Shown here: piece after piece, positions 62,536-64,000 of the stretch
How positions within the stretch are numbered: position 1 is the first letter of the stretch
How the letters are laid out: each line of letters starts with the position of its first letter
NCBI RefSeq assembly: GCF_009834535.1
Contig: NC_045702.1
Span: forward strand, 42,718,001 to 42,782,000
DNA: 64,000 bases
Direction of reading: 5' to 3'
Source: Camelus ferus
Lineage: Eukaryota
Translations under genes and position numbers: made by a program
Notes under the pieces: model-generated
The model's input: only the letters and a program-made list of their open reading frames with translations
Told to the model about the DNA's origin: nothing
Database searches by the model: none

Positions 62536-63614
62536 TTCCCCCAGATTTGATTTTCAGTTTTAACTGACCACCCTCAGAGGCTACTACTACTGATCAAAAT
62601 AACAAGTAGTGAGATAGACTTATTTGGTCACAAAAAGAAACAAACGATGTGCTTCAAAATATTCTTCCCCCTGCTGTTTGCTGTAAAGGCAATGAGACCC
62701 TGGCGGACAAAGTCTTCTCGGTGTTGGCTGAAGGGAGCAAAAACCCCCCTTAACCAGTGAGAACTCATCAACATGGCTCCGGGAGTGGGCTTGGCTTTAG
62801 ACAATTTCTCAAGGTCATTGAGTGAGTCACTTAAAAAAGATATACATAAACGTTGCGTGCTTTGTGTGTTTTGCCTTAAAGCAGTAAAGCACTTAACAAT
62901 TTGAAATTTTTGTTGTCATTTTATTTCAGGCAGTTAAGTGAAAGGTAACCCTTTTTTGCGAAAGGTGTTGCTATTTTTTTATGCACCAGAGCTAGCAGAT
63001 TTTAAAAGAATTAAAAGTCCCTGTAGGGGTCCATAATTTTAAGTTCAGAAATTAGGGCTTTTTTTCCTGTTCAAAATTTGGAAGGAAGTGGTAAATTATT
63101 GCAGTATGGCATTCGAAAGAATTCTGTCAAACCCTTTAGAACATTATTAATCGTGCAGCTTGGTGTGCTCTTGACTTCCTCAGCTGGGGGCAGGCCCTGT
63201 GGTCTCATCACAGTAGTTTCCTCAAATCTCAACATTCCAAGCCCTCAGTGCTCATTCGTAGGATATTCTTTCTTTTCCAGGGGTTCTGCTCCCCAGATAA
63301 CTTTTCAAGTGGCTGGAGAGGCTTAGGTGTACCGTCCCCACGTCCCCTAGGCCCAGCCGGTTCTGGGCACTAGGCTGTCTCACGGATCAGAGCCACTGTC
63401 TGTTCCTACTCTGCCCTGGCATCTGCTGCCGTCACCATCCCTGTTCCACCGCCCTCTGCCACTTGGCCACTCTCAAGTCTTTGTCCCACACCAGGCACAC
63501 ACCAGGCTCCAAATTGAGAGTCTTCCTCTTCACCTCTTTGGAAATGTTTTCACTTTTGAGAACTTTGGGTCCCATAATAGAAGTTCAGTGCCAGTGTCCA
63601 AGTGGGTTCCTTGT

Positions 63615-63716
63615 TTTCTCTTCAGTCAGCATTTTACCAACTATGTACCAAGCACTTTCCTATGTTCTGGAGGTCAAGATGAAAAGGGTGAGCTAGGAGC
63701 TCACCATCTAATGGGC
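63615..63716 (-). mobile_element. L2 3' end
   Basis: cagcattttaccaactatgtaccaagcact...aggagctcaccatctaatggg. Confidence 0.65.
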
Positions 63717-64000
63717 TTAAGTAATTATAATACAGTCTACACACAGGTAGATCCTGGCTAAATTCAGCTGTTGCTATAGCAACATCTTTAGAAAATAGAG
63801 ATGGAGGAATCAAGGACCAAAAGAAATGTTTTAGGATGCTTAGCATCATGTGGGAGTGGAGAGGTGCTGGGCATGGGGTGGGAGGACAGAAAGACCCAAA
63901 GGGAGACAGTAGAACTTCTCTCTAGAGTGCACGTAGTCAAAGAATACGCCCTTGGTGGTAATGTTACCTCCTTACTTGGTATGACATTTGCCTGGTCATG

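Noticed and set aside
1-64000. CRISPR array, prokaryotic operon or defence system, snoRNA, rRNA, NUMT or processed pseudogene
   Set aside because: No regularly spaced repeat-spacer units and no gene-dense coding. C-box-like RTGATGA hits lacked a D box with a terminal stem where I checked. No rRNA, mitochondrial or mRNA-derived sequence was recognised

Overview
This window is mammalian non-coding genomic DNA, almost certainly from a camelid (Camelus, Lama or Vicugna). The assignment rests on several Vic-1-type tRNA-Ala-derived SINEs and camelid-type L1 3' ends. It is AT-rich and repeat-dense (L1, L2, MIR, MaLR/ERVL LTRs) and has 8 N-runs totalling about 1.7 kb, so it looks like a large intron or an intergenic region. 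I could not recognise any protein-coding exon, RNA gene, CRISPR array or microbial-type system. The ORF track appears to be noise from N-runs, repeats and chance frames. I found no convincing novel biological system. The best non-repeat signals are: (i) four CTCF motifs in a reverse-forward-forward-reverse layout, one carried by an LTR41-like element; (ii) a CpG-retaining, GC-box and splice-donor-bearing stretch at about 29.6-30.3 kb that may be an alternative promoter; (iii) a PBX-HOX/MEIS motif cluster at about 17.0-17.2 kb; (iv) several speculative + strand micro- or cassette-exon candidates; and (v) unusual retroposition products (a 40-bp L1 stub in a palindromic target, and a tailless Vic-1 half). 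Repeat family names come from recalled consensus sequences, not a RepeatMasker run, and the boundaries of old repeats are approximate.
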